Positions 9,596 through 20,490 of a stretch of 64,000 bases of DNA are shown here, one piece after another. The notes below the pieces were generated by a model. That model did not search any database. It was not told the origin of the DNA and worked only from the letters and a program-made list of their open reading frames with translations. A program made the position numbers and the translations under genes. Every line of letters begins with the position of its first letter. Position 1 is the first letter of the stretch. This DNA is from Thermoanaerobaculia bacterium (GTDB lineage: Bacteria; Acidobacteriota; Thermoanaerobaculia; Multivoradales; Multivoraceae), in the NCBI GenBank assembly GCA_963666565.1, contig OY762911.1:2208001-2272000 (forward strand), read 5' to 3'.

Positions 9596-10393
9596 GTGCA
9601 GCCGCTGCAGTTGATCCTCGTGGCGCTGGTGCAGGGGCTGACCGAGTACCTGCCGATCAGTTCGACGGCGCACACGATCCTGCTGCCGCGGCTGCTCGGT
9701 TGGCCGGACCAGGGGCTGGCCGTGGACGTGGCGGCGAACACGGGCACGCTGGCGGCCGTCGTCGCGTACTTCCGCAAGGACTTGGCGGCCTACGCGCGGG
9801 CGTTGCTGCCGGGTGGCGGGGACGGCGGGGACCCGGCCGCGCGGCGGATGATCCCGCTGCTGGCGCTGGCGTCCCTGCCGGTGCTGGTCGCCGGCATCGG
9901 GGCCGCGGACTGGGTGGCCGGCGACGCCCGGACGCCGGGAGTGATCGCCTGGGCGACGATCGGCTTCGGGCTCGCGCTGGGCGCCGCGGACCGCTGGGGA
10001 GCGCACGGCCGCCGGCTCGAGGACGTGACCTGGCGGCATGCCATGGTGTTCGGGCTGGCGCAGGCGACGGCGCTCATTCCGGGGGCGTCCCGGGCGGGCG
10101 TCGCGATCAGCGCCGGCCGGCTGCTGGGCTTCGACCGCGAGTCGTCGGCGCGTTTCGCCTTCCTGCTGGCGGTGCCGGCCGGCGTCTTCGTCGCCGGCAA
10201 GGACGGTCTCGACCTGTTGAGCGGCGCGTTGCCGATCGAGCAACTGCCGTCGCTGCTCCTGGTCGCCGCCCTGTCGGCGGTGGTCGGCTACCTGGTGATC
10301 GGCGCGCTGCTCGGCTGGCTGAGGCGCCGCAGCCTGCAGATCTTCGTCGGCTACCGGCTGGCGCTGGGCGCCGTCCTGCTGGTCCTCTTCTGA
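9596..10393 (+). CDS. uppP: Undecaprenyl-diphosphate phosphatase
   Basis: QGLTEYLPISSTAH and ALIPGASRAG motifs; multiple TM helices. Confidence 0.93.
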   Translation: MQPLQLILVALVQGLTEYLPISSTAHTILLPRLLGWPDQGLAVDVAANTGTLAAVVAYFRKDLAAYARALLPGGGDGGDPAARRMIPLLALASLPVLVAGIGAADWVAGDARTPGVIAWATIGFGLALGAADRWGAHGRRLEDVTWRHAMVFGLAQATALIPGASRAGVAISAGRLLGFDRESSARFAFLLAVPAGVFVAGKDGLDLLSGALPIEQLPSLLLVAALSAVVGYLVIGALLGWLRRRSLQIFVGYRLALGAVLLVLF

Positions 10394-10398
10394 AGTCC

Positions 10399-10541
10399 GC
10401 TGGGTGCGCGGGTCTTCCGATCCGCCCTCCGGGCGCAGCCGCGAAGCGACGAAGCCCGGACAACAAGACCGCCGGCCGAAGGCCGGCGACGATTCTCCGC
10501 CGCCTCCGGCGGCAGCGGGTCGGAAGACCCGCGCACCCAGC
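10399..10541. repeat. REPIN-like doublet of family A (inverted arms)
   Basis: GCTGGGTGCGCGGGTCTTCCGATCCGC at the left end; GCGGGTCGGAAGACCCGCGCACCCAGC at the right end. Confidence 0.85.
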
Positions 10542-10542
10542 G

Positions 10543-11610
10543 TCAGCGCTGGGTGCGTGCGACGATGGCCTCGCCCATCTCCGTCGTCGACGCGGCCGCG
10601 TGTCCGTTGGGCGCGAGGTCGGCGGTGCGGAGGCCGTCGTCCAGCGTCGCCGCCACGGCGGCTTCGACCCTCGCCGCCTCCGCTTCCAGGCCGAGGCTGT
10701 GGCGGAGCAGCATTGCTGCGCTCAGGATTGCGCCGACCGGGTTGGCGATGCCGTGGCCCGCGATGTCGGGCGCCGAGCCGTGGACCGGCTCGTAGAGGCC
10801 CTGGCGGCCGGCGCCGAGAGACGCGGAGGGCAGCATGCCGAGGGAACCGGCGAGGATGGCCGCCTCGTCGCTCAGGATGTCGCCGAACATGTTGCCGGCG
10901 AGGATGACGTCGTAGTCCGCTGGCGAGCGCATCAATTGCATCGCGAAGGCGTCCACGAGGTGGTGGGTGACCTCGACGTCGGGATACGCGCTGGCGACTT
11001 CGGTCACGGAACGCCGCCAGAGCCGCATGGAGGCCAGGACGTTCGCCTTGTCGATCGAGGCGACCTTTCCGCGCCGCCCCTGCGCCGCGCGCAGCGCGAC
11101 CCGGGCGACGCGCTCCACTTCGGCGGTGGAGTAGACGAGCGTGTCGTGCGCCACGTCGCCGTCGCCCTGTTCCTGGCGGGGACCGAAGTAGATGCCGCCG
11201 GTCAGTTCGCGCACGAACAGCAGGTCCACGCCGCGCAGCAGTTCCGGCTTGAGCGGCGCGAATTCCACCAGGGACTCGAACACCGGCACCGGGCGCAGGT
11301 TGGCGAACAGGCCCATCTCGGCCCGCAGGTCGAGCAGCCCCTGTTCGGGCCGGAGTTCCGCGGTCGGGTCGGACCACTTCGGCCCGCCCACGGCGCCGAG
11401 CAGCACCGCGTCGGCCGCCTTGCAGGCGGCCAGAGTGGCGGGCGGCAGGGGATTCCCGAAGTCGTCGATCGCGTTGCCGCCCATCGGGTGGGACTCGAGC
11501 CGGAACTCGTGTCCGCCGAGGGCGGCGACCGCGTTCAGGACGCGGACCGCTTCCGCCGTGACTTCCGGCCCTATGCCGTCGCCAGGGAGGAGGACGATGT
11601 TCGCCTTCAT
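10543..11610 (-). CDS. leuB: 3-isopropylmalate dehydrogenase
   Basis: [30 protein letters not shown] and [12 protein letters not shown]. Confidence 0.96.
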   Translation of the reverse strand: MKANIVLLPGDGIGPEVTAEAVRVLNAVAALGGHEFRLESHPMGGNAIDDFGNPLPPATLAACKAADAVLLGAVGGPKWSDPTAELRPEQGLLDLRAEMGLFANLRPVPVFESLVEFAPLKPELLRGVDLLFVRELTGGIYFGPRQEQGDGDVAHDTLVYSTAEVERVARVALRAAQGRRGKVASIDKANVLASMRLWRRSVTEVASAYPDVEVTHHLVDAFAMQLMRSPADYDVILAGNMFGDILSDEAAILAGSLGMLPSASLGAGRQGLYEPVHGSAPDIAGHGIANPVGAILSAAMLLRHSLGLEAEAARVEAAVAATLDDGLRTADLAPNGHAAASTTEMGEAIVARTQR

Positions 11611-11640
11611 GGATCTGACCGCCGGCGGCGCCAACCTTCC

Positions 11641-11833
11641 GCTGGGTGCGCGGGTCTTCCGACCCGCCCGCGGGCGGCGCCGCGAGGCGGTGCGGCCCGG
11701 ACGATAAGGCCGCCGGCCTCCGGCCGGCGACCGCGCCAGGCGCGCCGCCAGCCACGGCGGCGCCGGCCTTGCGGCCGGCAGGAGTTCCTGGCCGGCTGCG
11801 CCGGCAGCGGGTCAGAAGACCCGCGCACCCAGC
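11641..11833. repeat. REPIN-like doublet of family A between leuD and leuB
   Basis: Same inverted arms as 10399-10541 and 31568-31761. Confidence 0.85.
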
Positions 11834-11902
11834 AGACGGGCGGTTCCCTGCGCGAGAGCGCTGCGGAAACCGGAGTGTCGGTTTTCATGGGAGTCGGTCC
11901 GC

Positions 11903-12526
11903 TCAGGCCGACCGGGTGTCGAGCCGGGAGGGGTGCGCCGCCTCGAACGCCTCGATCGCCGGCGCCCGGTTCAGCAGGTAGCCGAGCTGGTCCGTGCCGT
12001 CGAGCAGGCAGCGGCGGGCGAAGGGGTCGACCTCGAAGCGTGCCTCGCCGCCGCCGGGCAGGCTGAGGGTCCGCGCTTCCAGGTCGATCGCGACCTCGGC
12101 GGCGGGGTCGGCGGCGACGGCGTCGAACAGCGAGCCGGAGACCTCTTCGCTCACCGGCACGACGAGCAGGCCGTTCTTCAGCGCGTTGCTGCGGAAGATG
12201 TCGGCGAAGGACGTGCTGATGACGGCGCGAAAGCCGTAGCCCACCAGGGCCCAGGGCGCGTGCTCGCGGGAGCTGCCGCAGCCGAAGTTGTCGCCGGCGA
12301 GGAGGATCCTCGCTTCGGCGTGCTCGGCGCGGTTCAGCACGAAGTCGGAGATGGGCTCGCCTTCCGGGTTGCCGTCCCGGTAGCGCCAGCGGGAGAACAG
12401 GCCGGAGGCCAGGCCGCTGCGGTCGGTGACCTTCAGGTAGGACGCCGGGATGATCTGGTCGGTGTCGACGTTCTGGATCGGCAGCGGCGCCATCGTCCCG
12501 GTGTAGCGGGTGAAGCTCTTGCTCAC
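11903..12526 (-). CDS. leuD: 3-isopropylmalate dehydratase small subunit
   Basis: NVDTDQIIPA, NFGCGSSREHAPWAL and FADIFRSNALKNG; GTG start with GGAGG upstream. Confidence 0.95.
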   Translation of the reverse strand: MSKSFTRYTGTMAPLPIQNVDTDQIIPASYLKVTDRSGLASGLFSRWRYRDGNPEGEPISDFVLNRAEHAEARILLAGDNFGCGSSREHAPWALVGYGFRAVISTSFADIFRSNALKNGLLVVPVSEEVSGSLFDAVAADPAAEVAIDLEARTLSLPGGGEARFEVDPFARRCLLDGTDQLGYLLNRAPAIEAFEAAHPSRLDTRSA

Positions 12527-12617
12527 GACAGGACCTCCCGCATGTCGGTGACTCGTCCGCCGGGGTTGCCGGAAGGACGCCGCCGCTCGCGGCGGTTGGC
12601 GCGGCGCGGAACGACGC

Positions 12618-14054
12618 TCACGACAGCACCTCGCGGACATCGGTCACTCGCCCGGTGATGGCCGATGCCGCCGCCGTCAATGGACTGGCCAGGAAGGTGC
12701 GGCCGCCGGCGCCCTGCCGCCCCTCGAAGTTGCGGTTCGAGGTGCTGACCGCGTACTGGCCGGGCGCCAACTGGTCGCCGTTCATCGCCAGGCACATCGA
12801 GCAGCCGGCCTCGCGCCACTCGGCGCCGGCGTCGACGAAGACCTGGGCGAGCCCGTCGCGTTCGGCCTGCCGCTTGACGGCGTCCGAGCCGGGCACGACG
12901 AGCACCCGCAGCCCGTCGGCCACCTTGCGCCCGCGCAGCACGCTCGCCGCCGCCGCGAGGTCGCTGTAGCGCGAATTCGTGCAGCTTCCGACGAAGACGA
13001 CGTCGATCGGCTTGCCCTGAAGCTGCTGACCGGGTTCGAGGGCCATGTAGTCGAGCGCCTTGCGGAAGGAGGCGCGCTTCTCGGGTTCGACGGCGTCGTC
13101 CGACGGAATCGTCCCCGCGATCGGGATCGCCATGCCGGGGTTCGTGCCGTAGGTAACCATCGGCTCGAGCGCCGAGCCGTCGAGAGTCGCGGTCTTGTCG
13201 TAGCTCGCGCCATCGTCCGTGGGCAGCGACCGCCAGTCGTCGAGCGCGGCTTCCCAGGCGTCGCCGGCGGGCGCCATCGGCCGGCCCTCCAGGTAGGAGA
13301 AGGTGACCTCGTCGGGCGCGATCAGGCCGGCGCGGGCGCCGCCCTCGATCGACATGTTGCAGACCGTCATCCGGCCCTCCATGTCGAGCGCGCGAATCGC
13401 CTCGCCGGTGTACTCGAAGACGTGGCCGGTGCCGCCGCCGATGCCGAGCTTCGCGATCACCGCCAGGATGATGTCCTTCGCGACCACGCCTTCCCGCAGG
13501 CGGCCGTCGACGCGCACCTCGCAGGTCTTCGGGCGGTGCTGCAGCAGGCACTGGGTGGCGAGCACGTGGCCGACCTCGCTGGTGCCGATGCCGAAGGCGA
13601 GCGCCCCGACCGCGCCGTGGGTGCTGGTGTGGCTGTCGCCGCAGACGACGGTCATCCCGGGCTGGGTGGCGCCCAGTTCGGGGCCGATGACGTGGACGAT
13701 CCCGCGCCGTTCGTCGCCCATCGCGTAGAGCGGGATGCCGTAGCGCTCGCAGTTCGCCTGCAGCCGGTCGAGCTGGGCGGAGCCCTCCGGGTCGAGCACG
13801 CGGAGCCGAGCACCGTCGATCGAAGGGTCGGTCGGCGTCGAGTGGTCCATCGTCGCCAGCGTCAGGTCGGGCCGCCGGACGGGGAGCCCCCGTTCGGCCA
13901 GCTCGGTGAAGGCCTGGGGCGACGTCACCTCGTGGACCAGGTGCAGGTCGACGTAGAGGGTCGCCGGCAGGCCCTCGGCCTCCGCAGCGACGCCTTCCGC
14001 GGGGACGACGTGGCGCCGCCAGATCTTCTCGAACAGGGTCCGCGGCCCGGTCAT
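12618..14054 (-). CDS. leuC: 3-isopropylmalate dehydratase large subunit
   Basis: [46 protein letters not shown] and [12 protein letters not shown]. Confidence 0.97.
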   Translation of the reverse strand: MTGPRTLFEKIWRRHVVPAEGVAAEAEGLPATLYVDLHLVHEVTSPQAFTELAERGLPVRRPDLTLATMDHSTPTDPSIDGARLRVLDPEGSAQLDRLQANCERYGIPLYAMGDERRGIVHVIGPELGATQPGMTVVCGDSHTSTHGAVGALAFGIGTSEVGHVLATQCLLQHRPKTCEVRVDGRLREGVVAKDIILAVIAKLGIGGGTGHVFEYTGEAIRALDMEGRMTVCNMSIEGGARAGLIAPDEVTFSYLEGRPMAPAGDAWEAALDDWRSLPTDDGASYDKTATLDGSALEPMVTYGTNPGMAIPIAGTIPSDDAVEPEKRASFRKALDYMALEPGQQLQGKPIDVVFVGSCTNSRYSDLAAAASVLRGRKVADGLRVLVVPGSDAVKRQAERDGLAQVFVDAGAEWREAGCSMCLAMNGDQLAPGQYAVSTSNRNFEGRQGAGGRTFLASPLTAAASAITGRVTDVREVLS

Positions 14055-15679
14055 GCGTCCACCGGCCGAGGTCTCGAGACCTGGAGCGTGGCGGGGCCGG
14101 CTTCGCCCGCCGTGTACTTGGTGCCGATCGCGGTCAGCATCCGGTTGAGCGCCGCCAGGTACGCCTTGGCGGAGGCGACGATGACGTCCGTGTCGGCGCC
14201 GTAGCCGCCGAAGACGCGGCCCTTGCCGCGGCCGCCGGCCGGACTCTTGATCCGCACCGTGACCTCGCCCATCGCGTCGATGCCCTCGGTGACGCTGTGG
14301 ACGTTGTACTCCAGCAGCGTGTTCTCGGCCTCGACCACGGCGTCGATGGCCCGGAAGGTCGCGTCGACCGGACCGGTGCCGACGCCGGGCGAGACGTACT
14401 CGTGACCGTTCGGCCCGCACAGGCGGGCGGTCGCGGTCGGCATGCCGGGCCGGCCGCAGGAGATCTGCAGTTCGGTCAGGGTGAAGATCTCGGTCGGCGC
14501 CAGGATCTCCTGGTTCGCCAGCGCCTGCAGGTCGGCGTCGGTGATGTCCTTCTTCTGGTCGGCGAGCTGCTTGAAGCGGCGGAACGCCTCGCCGAGTTCC
14601 TCCCGGTTCAGCTCGAAGCCGAGCTCCTCCAGCCGCACGCGCAGCGCGTGCTTGCCGGAGTGCTTGCCGAGCACGAGCTTGCTCTGGGTCAGGCCGACCG
14701 TCTGGGGGGTCATGATCTCGTAGGTGCGCTGGTCCCGGAGCATGCCGTGCTGGTGGATGCCGGCCTCGTGGGCGAAGGCGTTCTCGCCCACGATCGCCTT
14801 GTTCCGCGGCACCGCGATGCCGGTGTAGTGGGCGACGAGGCGGCTGGTCCGCACGAGTTCCGTCGTGTTCAGCCGGGTGCCGACGCCGTAGATCTTCGGC
14901 CTCGTGTGGAGCGCCATGACGACCTCCTCGAGCGAGGTGTTGCCGGCGCGTTCGCCGATGCCGTTGATCGTCACCTCGACCTGCCGCGCGCCGGCCTCGA
15001 TCGCCGCCAGCGTGTTCGCGGTGGCGCAGCCGAGATCGTCGTGGCAGTGGGCGGACCAGACGACGTCCCCGGCGCCTTCGGTGTGCTCCATGAGGTAGCG
15101 GAAGAGGTTGCCGTACTCGACCGGCATGTCGTAACCGACCGTGTCCGGGATGTTCAGCGTCGTGGCGCCCTCCCTGACGGCGAGCGAGAGCGCCTCGACC
15201 AGGAAGTCCGGGTCGGAGCGGCTGCCGTCCTCGGGACTGAACTCGATGTCGTCGCAGAGGGAACGCGCGTGCGCCACCATGTGGCCGACCTGGCTCAGCA
15301 CCTGCTCGCGGGTCATGCCCAGCTTGCGCTCCATGTGCAGGTCGGACGTGGCGATGAAGGTGTGGATGCGGGGCCTGGCCGCGTCCCGCACGCCTTCCCA
15401 TGCCTTGTCGATGTCCTCGCGCCAGCAGCGGGCGAGGCCGGCGATGACCGGCCCGTCGCTCCGGCCGACCTCGCGGGCGATCCGGCGCACTCCCTCCAGG
15501 TCGTCGGGACTGGCGGCGGGAAAGCCCGCCTCCATGACGTCGATGCCGAGGACGGCGAGCTGGCGGGCCACCTCCAGTTTCTCGGCGCTGGTCATCGTCG
15601 CGCCCGGCGACTGCTCGCCGTCGCGCAGCGTGGTGTCGAAGATCCGGACGTAGTCGCCCTTCCGGTCCTGTCCTGGCAT
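14051..15679 (-). CDS. leuA: 2-isopropylmalate synthase
   Basis: [30 protein letters not shown] and [11 protein letters not shown]; C-terminal regulatory domain (GTGPVDA). Confidence 0.95.
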   Translation of the reverse strand: MPGQDRKGDYVRIFDTTLRDGEQSPGATMTSAEKLEVARQLAVLGIDVMEAGFPAASPDDLEGVRRIAREVGRSDGPVIAGLARCWREDIDKAWEGVRDAARPRIHTFIATSDLHMERKLGMTREQVLSQVGHMVAHARSLCDDIEFSPEDGSRSDPDFLVEALSLAVREGATTLNIPDTVGYDMPVEYGNLFRYLMEHTEGAGDVVWSAHCHDDLGCATANTLAAIEAGARQVEVTINGIGERAGNTSLEEVVMALHTRPKIYGVGTRLNTTELVRTSRLVAHYTGIAVPRNKAIVGENAFAHEAGIHQHGMLRDQRTYEIMTPQTVGLTQSKLVLGKHSGKHALRVRLEELGFELNREELGEAFRRFKQLADQKKDITDADLQALANQEILAPTEIFTLTELQISCGRPGMPTATARLCGPNGHEYVSPGVGTGPVDATFRAIDAVVEAENTLLEYNVHSVTEGIDAMGEVTVRIKSPAGGRGKGRVFGGYGADTDVIVASAKAYLAALNRMLTAIGTKYTAGEAGPATLQVSRPRPVDA

Positions 15680-15681
15680 CG

Positions 15682-16683
15682 CTACACCTCCTTGGCGTCC
15701 AGGAACGGCATCATCCGGCGCAGTTCCCGGCCGACCTCCTCGATCGGGTGGCTTCGCTCGCGCTGCCTGCGGGGATCGAAGCGCGGGCGGCCGTTCCTGT
15801 TCTCGGCGATCCAGTCGCGGGCGTAGGTCCCGTCCTGGATGTCGCGGAGCACCTTGTCCATCACGGCCCGCACGTCCTCCGTGATCATCTGATCGCCGGC
15901 GTGGTAGCCGCCGTGTTCGGCGGTGTCGGAGACGCTGTACCACATGTAGCCGAGCCCGCCCTCGTACATCAGGTCGACGATGAGCTTCAGCTCGTGCAGG
16001 CATTCGAAGTAGGCGACCTCGGGCTGGTAGCCGGCCGCGACCAGCTTCTCGAAGCCGGCGCGGACCAGGGCGGACGCGCCGCCGCAGAGGACGATCTGCT
16101 CGCCGAACAGGTCGGTCTCCGTCTCCTCGGCGAACGTGGTCTCGATCACGCCGGCGCGGGTGCAGCCGATGCCCTTCGCGTAGGCCAGGGCGTCGGCCAG
16201 GGCGCCGCCGGTGGCGTCGTTCTCGACCGCGACCAGGCCCGGCGTGCCGGCGCCCTCGGCGAACACCTCGCGCACCCGGTGGCCCGGCGCCTTCGGGGCG
16301 ACCAGGGAGACGTCGACTTCCTTCGGCGCGTCGATCTCGCCGTAGCGGACGTTGAACCCGTGGGCGAACATCAGGGTGTCCCCCGGCCCGAGGTTCGGCG
16401 CGATGTCCCGTTCGTAGAGCTCGGCCTGCACCGTGTCGGGCGCGAGGATCATGATCATCCGCGCCCGCGCGGCCGCTTCCGCGTTGCCGAGCACCTCGAG
16501 ACCGTCCGCCTCGGCCCGGCCGGCGCTGCCGCTGCCCTCGCGCAGGCCGACGACGACGTCGACGCCGCTGTCCCGCAGGTTCAGGGCGTGGGCGTGGCCC
16601 TGGCTGCCGTAGCCGATGACGGCCACGGTGCGGCCGTCGAGCCGGGAGAGATCCGCGTCGTCGTCGTAGTAGAGCTTCGCCAT
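15682..16683 (-). CDS. ilvC: Ketol-acid reductoisomerase
   Basis: [24 protein letters not shown] and [10 protein letters not shown]. Confidence 0.97.
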   Translation of the reverse strand: MAKLYYDDDADLSRLDGRTVAVIGYGSQGHAHALNLRDSGVDVVVGLREGSGSAGRAEADGLEVLGNAEAAARARMIMILAPDTVQAELYERDIAPNLGPGDTLMFAHGFNVRYGEIDAPKEVDVSLVAPKAPGHRVREVFAEGAGTPGLVAVENDATGGALADALAYAKGIGCTRAGVIETTFAEETETDLFGEQIVLCGGASALVRAGFEKLVAAGYQPEVAYFECLHELKLIVDLMYEGGLGYMWYSVSDTAEHGGYHAGDQMITEDVRAVMDKVLRDIQDGTYARDWIAENRNGRPRFDPRRQRERSHPIEEVGRELRRMMPFLDAKEV

Positions 16684-16723
16684 CTGGATGGGTTCCTCGC
16701 TGGGTGATTCGGGCCGAGGGCGC

Positions 16724-17269
16724 CTAGAGCACGTTGCTTTGCGCCGCCGCGCGGCCGCGGTTGGGCTTGAAGCCCTCGTCCTTCAGGGTGTGGCCGCCGC
16801 GCCCGAGCGCGATCACGCCGGTGCGCACCATTTCGACGATGCCGAACGGCCGCACGAGTTCGGTGAAGTGCTCGAGTTTCTCTTCCTCGCCGGTGATCTC
16901 GACGACCAGGCTCTCGGCGGAGACGTCGATGATCCGGGCCCGGAAGATGTCGCAGAGCTGGATCACCTCCCGCCGGTTCTCCGAGGAAGCCTTGACCTTG
17001 ACCAGGGCCATTTCCCTCACCACGGAGGGCTGGCTGTGCAGGTGGTCCACGTGGACGACGTCGACCAGCTTGTACAGGTTCTTGACCAGGCGGTCGGCTT
17101 CCGCGCTGTCCGACTCCATGACGATCGTCATCCGGGACATCTCGTCGCGCTGCGTGCGGCCGACGGACAGGCTGTCGATGTTGAAGCTGCGCCGCCGGAA
17201 CAGGTTCGCCACGCGGGCCAGGACCCCGGGACGGTTCTCGACCAGCGTGGCCAGGATGTGCTTCGCCAT
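16724..17269 (-). CDS. ilvN: Acetolactate synthase small (regulatory) subunit
   Basis: ACT domain [26 protein letters not shown]; EMVRTG. Confidence 0.95.
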   Translation of the reverse strand: MAKHILATLVENRPGVLARVANLFRRRSFNIDSLSVGRTQRDEMSRMTIVMESDSAEADRLVKNLYKLVDVVHVDHLHSQPSVVREMALVKVKASSENRREVIQLCDIFRARIIDVSAESLVVEITGEEEKLEHFTELVRPFGIVEMVRTGVIALGRGGHTLKDEGFKPNRGRAAAQSNVL

Positions 17270-17298
17270 GACGGGCTTCCTTCAGCGGCCGGACGACC

Positions 17299-19197
17299 TC
17301 AGACCCCGAACCGGGAACCCAGGGCGGCCGCGGCGGCCGGGGCTTCTTCGGGCTCGGCGGAAGGCGCTTCGGGCGCCTGCGCCGCGGCCGCGCGCTCGCG
17401 GCGCTTGCGCTCGAACTCCTCCGGGGTCGGCCGGCGGATCATGTCGTCGAGGTCGGCGCCGGCGGGCACCATGGGGTAGACGATCTCTTCCTTTTCGACC
17501 ACGAACTCGATGAGCGTCGGCCCCGCGGTCGTCTCCCGCGCCGCCCTGACCGCGTCTTCGATCTCGCCCCGCTCGGTGACCCGGACCGCCGGGATGCCGT
17601 AGGCCTCGGCCAGCTTGCAGAAGTCCGGGTTGACCATCGGCGTGGCGTTGTAGCGCTCTTCGTAGAAGAACTCCTGCCACTGGCGGACCATGCCGAGGAA
17701 GCCGTTGTTGATGATGGCGATGTGGACGTTGACCCGCTCCTGGACGGCGGTGGCGAGTTCCATCAGCGTCATCTGGAAGCCGCCGTCGCCGACGATCGCC
17801 CACACTTCCTGGTCGGGACGGGCCATCTTGGCGCCGATCGCCGCCGGCACGCCGAAGCCCATCGTGCCCAGGCCGCCGCTCGTGATCAGGCTGTGCGGCC
17901 GTTCGTGGTGGTAGTACTGGGCCTCCCACATCTGGTGCTGGCCGACGTCGGTCACGGTGACGGCGCCGCCGCCCGTGAACTCGAACAGGTCGCGGATGAC
18001 CTGGGCGCCGAGCAGCTTGCCCTCGGGCACTGCCGGGTGCTGGGGCGCGTCGACCGGGCGGACGATCTCCCGCAGTTCGGACTCGGTGCGCCACTCGGCG
18101 ATGCGGTCGAACCAGGCCTGGTTCGGCCGGCGCTCGACCCGCTCAAGCAACTGCCCCAGGACCTCGCGGAGGTCGCCGACGATGCCGACGTCCACCGTGA
18201 CGTTCTTGTTGATCTCCGAGGGATCGATGTCGACGTGGATCTTGCGCGAGTTCCGGGCGTAGGTGGCCAGGTTGCCGGTCACCCGGTCGTCGAAGCGCAT
18301 GCCGAGGGCGATCAGCAGGTCGGCCTCCTGGATCGCGTGGTTCACCTCGGCGCCGCCGTGCATGCCCATCATGCCCAGGCACAGCGGGTGGCGCTCGGAC
18401 ATGGCGCCCTTGCCGAGCAGGGTCAGCGCGACCGGGATCCGGGCCTTCTCCGCCAGTTGCGCGAGTTCCGCGTTGGCGCCGGCCATCGAGACGCCGTGGC
18501 CGGCCAGGACGATCGGCCGCTTCGAGTCCCGGATCAGTTCCAGGGCCGAGTCGACCTGGCGCGCCCGCGCGGCCCGCGGCGGACGATAGCCGGGGAGCTC
18601 GATCGGCTCGCTCGGGTAGACGAACCCGGCGCTCTCGATCTGGACGTCCTTCGGGATGTCGACCAGCACCGGCCCCGGCCGCCCGGTGCGGGCGATGTGG
18701 AACGCCTCGCGCATGACCTCCGGCAGTTCCTCGATCGACCTGACCAGGTAGTTGTGCTTGGTGATGGGCAGGGTGATGCCGGTGACGTCCGTTTCCTGGA
18801 AGGCGTCGCTGCCGATGGCGCCGGTCGGCACCTGGCCGGTGATGCAGACGATCGGCGAGGAATCCATCATCGCGGTGGCGATGCCGGTGACGAGGTTCGT
18901 CGCGCCGGGGCCGCTCGTCGCCATCGCCACGCCGACCTTGCCGGTGGCGCGGGCGTAGCCGTCGGCCATGTGCGACGCGCCCTGCTCGTGCCGGGTCAGT
19001 ACGTGGTGGAGTTGGGGGTACTTCGTCAGGGCGTCGTAGGTGGGCAGGATGGCTCCGCCGGGGTAGCCGAAGACGATGTCGACGCCCTCGCGCAGGAGGC
19101 ACTCGCAGACGATCTCGGCGCCGGTCAGCACGACGGCGTCCGTGCCGGCGCCCGCCTCTTCGCGTCTTCCGTCCGTTGCGGTCGTGTCGTCGCTCAT
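17299..19197 (-). CDS. ilvB: Acetolactate synthase large subunit, biosynthetic type
   Basis: FGYPGGAILP, RHEQGASHMADGYAR, TSGPGATN, DVGQHQMW, and TPP motif GDGGFQM...NN. Confidence 0.96.
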   Translation of the reverse strand: MSDDTTATDGRREEAGAGTDAVVLTGAEIVCECLLREGVDIVFGYPGGAILPTYDALTKYPQLHHVLTRHEQGASHMADGYARATGKVGVAMATSGPGATNLVTGIATAMMDSSPIVCITGQVPTGAIGSDAFQETDVTGITLPITKHNYLVRSIEELPEVMREAFHIARTGRPGPVLVDIPKDVQIESAGFVYPSEPIELPGYRPPRAARARQVDSALELIRDSKRPIVLAGHGVSMAGANAELAQLAEKARIPVALTLLGKGAMSERHPLCLGMMGMHGGAEVNHAIQEADLLIALGMRFDDRVTGNLATYARNSRKIHVDIDPSEINKNVTVDVGIVGDLREVLGQLLERVERRPNQAWFDRIAEWRTESELREIVRPVDAPQHPAVPEGKLLGAQVIRDLFEFTGGGAVTVTDVGQHQMWEAQYYHHERPHSLITSGGLGTMGFGVPAAIGAKMARPDQEVWAIVGDGGFQMTLMELATAVQERVNVHIAIINNGFLGMVRQWQEFFYEERYNATPMVNPDFCKLAEAYGIPAVRVTERGEIEDAVRAARETTAGPTLIEFVVEKEEIVYPMVPAGADLDDMIRRPTPEEFERKRRERAAAAQAPEAPSAEPEEAPAAAAALGSRFGV

Positions 19198-19211
19198 CTC
19201 GGCCTCCTCGC

Positions 19212-20168
19212 TCAGCCGGCCAGTGGCGGCGCGGCCTCCCGCAGCCGGGGCACCGGCGTGAGCCAGTCGTGGCGGTCGGGGATCCGGCCCTCGACCAGTC
19301 CGAAGAACTCCTCCTGGAGGTGGTGCGTGATCTCGCCGCGCGTTCCGCCGCCGATCGGGATCCGGTCGACGGAGCGCACCGGCGTGACCTCGGCCGCGGT
19401 GCCGGTCATGAACAGCTCGTCGGCCAGGTACAACTCTTCGCGCGCGATCGGCTGGAAGTGCACTTCGTACTTCAGGTCGCGGGCGATCGTGACGACCGAG
19501 TCCCTCGTGATGCCGCCCAGGATCGAGTTGTAGAGCGGCGGCGTGTAGATCGCGCCGTCCCGGATCAGGAACAGGTTCTCGCCCGCGCCCTCGCAGACCA
19601 GCCCGCGCTCGTCGAGCATGATGCCCTCGGCGTAGCCGTGCTGGCGGGCCTCGATGGACACGAACTGGTTCGTCACGTACTGCCCGCTGATCTTGCCGAG
19701 CGGCACGGCCGTGTTCGAGTTGAAGCGGCGCCAGGAGCTGACCGCGGCGTCGACACCCTGCTCGATCGCCTCGTCGCCCAGGTAGCGGCCCCAGCGGACC
19801 GCGTAGATGGCGAGCCTGGCACTGCAGTCGGTCGGATTCAGGCCCATCTCCTCGTCGCCCCGGTAGATCAGCGGGCGGATGTAGCACGACTCCAGGCGAT
19901 TGCGCGCGACCGCCTCGATGCACAGCTCCTCGACCCGGTCCTCGGTGCAGCCGGGATCCATCCGCATGATCCGGCAACTGTCGAACAGGCGCCGGACGTG
20001 GGAGCCGAGGCGGAAGATCGCCGTCGTCTCGCCCGTGTCGTAGGCGCGGATGCCCTCGAAGACGGACGAACCGTAGTGCAGGCCGTGCGTGGTGAGATGG
20101 ACCGTCGCTTCGGCCCAGGGTTTCCACTGGCCGTCGATCCAGATCCACTCCGATCGTTCTATGGGCAT
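19212..20168 (-). CDS. ilvE: Branched-chain amino acid aminotransferase
   Basis: HGLHYGSSVFEGIRAY, EGAGENLF, ILGGITRDSV and ELFMTGTAAEVTP. Confidence 0.95.
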   Translation of the reverse strand: MPIERSEWIWIDGQWKPWAEATVHLTTHGLHYGSSVFEGIRAYDTGETTAIFRLGSHVRRLFDSCRIMRMDPGCTEDRVEELCIEAVARNRLESCYIRPLIYRGDEEMGLNPTDCSARLAIYAVRWGRYLGDEAIEQGVDAAVSSWRRFNSNTAVPLGKISGQYVTNQFVSIEARQHGYAEGIMLDERGLVCEGAGENLFLIRDGAIYTPPLYNSILGGITRDSVVTIARDLKYEVHFQPIAREELYLADELFMTGTAAEVTPVRSVDRIPIGGGTRGEITHHLQEEFFGLVEGRIPDRHDWLTPVPRLREAAPPLAG

Positions 20169-20198
20169 GGCAATTGCTCCACTGGCGGTAGCGGCCGA

Positions 20199-20230
20199 AC
20201 AAAAAAGCCCCCAGGCGGCGCTGGGGGCTT
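20199..20230 (-). terminator. Attenuator terminator of the ilv-leu operon
   Basis: Minus strand AAGCCCCCAG-CGCCGC-CTGGGGGCTT followed by a T-tract, 30 nt upstream of ilvE. Confidence 0.9.
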
Positions 20231-20262
20231 GAAGTCGCTCGGTTTCCGGTCGGTGCGCCCGG

Positions 20263-20328
20263 TCAGCCCCCTGGGGTCGCAAGGACCAGGACCGGAACCG
20301 GCAGGGGAAGGGCGTCTGGACGAGTCAT
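20263..20328 (-). CDS. ilv-leu operon leader peptide MTRPDALPLPVPVLVLATPGG (21 aa)
   Basis: Short ORF with 4 Leu and 3 Val in 10 codons. Its 3' end (GGGGGCT) is complementary to the 5' arm of the terminator (AGCCCCC). Confidence 0.85.
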   Translation of the reverse strand: MTRPDALPLPVPVLVLATPGG

Positions 20329-20375
20329 GATGCAGGGAGTTCGGTCGATCTACCGAACGGCAGGTCGTGGGCGGG

Positions 20376-20405
20376 AGCGTAGGAGAGGAGAGGAGCGGCT
20401 GTCAA
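20376..20405 (-). promoter_or_regulatory. Sigma70-type promoter for the ilv-leu leader
   Basis: Minus strand TTGACA (20405-20400), 18-nt spacer, TACGCT (20381-20376). Confidence 0.7.
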
Positions 20406-20490
20406 GTCTCGCCCGCGCCGCCGGAACCGACACGGGCCGCCGAATCGGCGCTATAGTCGAACGTTTACGCGCGCGTTGCGGCGGCCTTCC

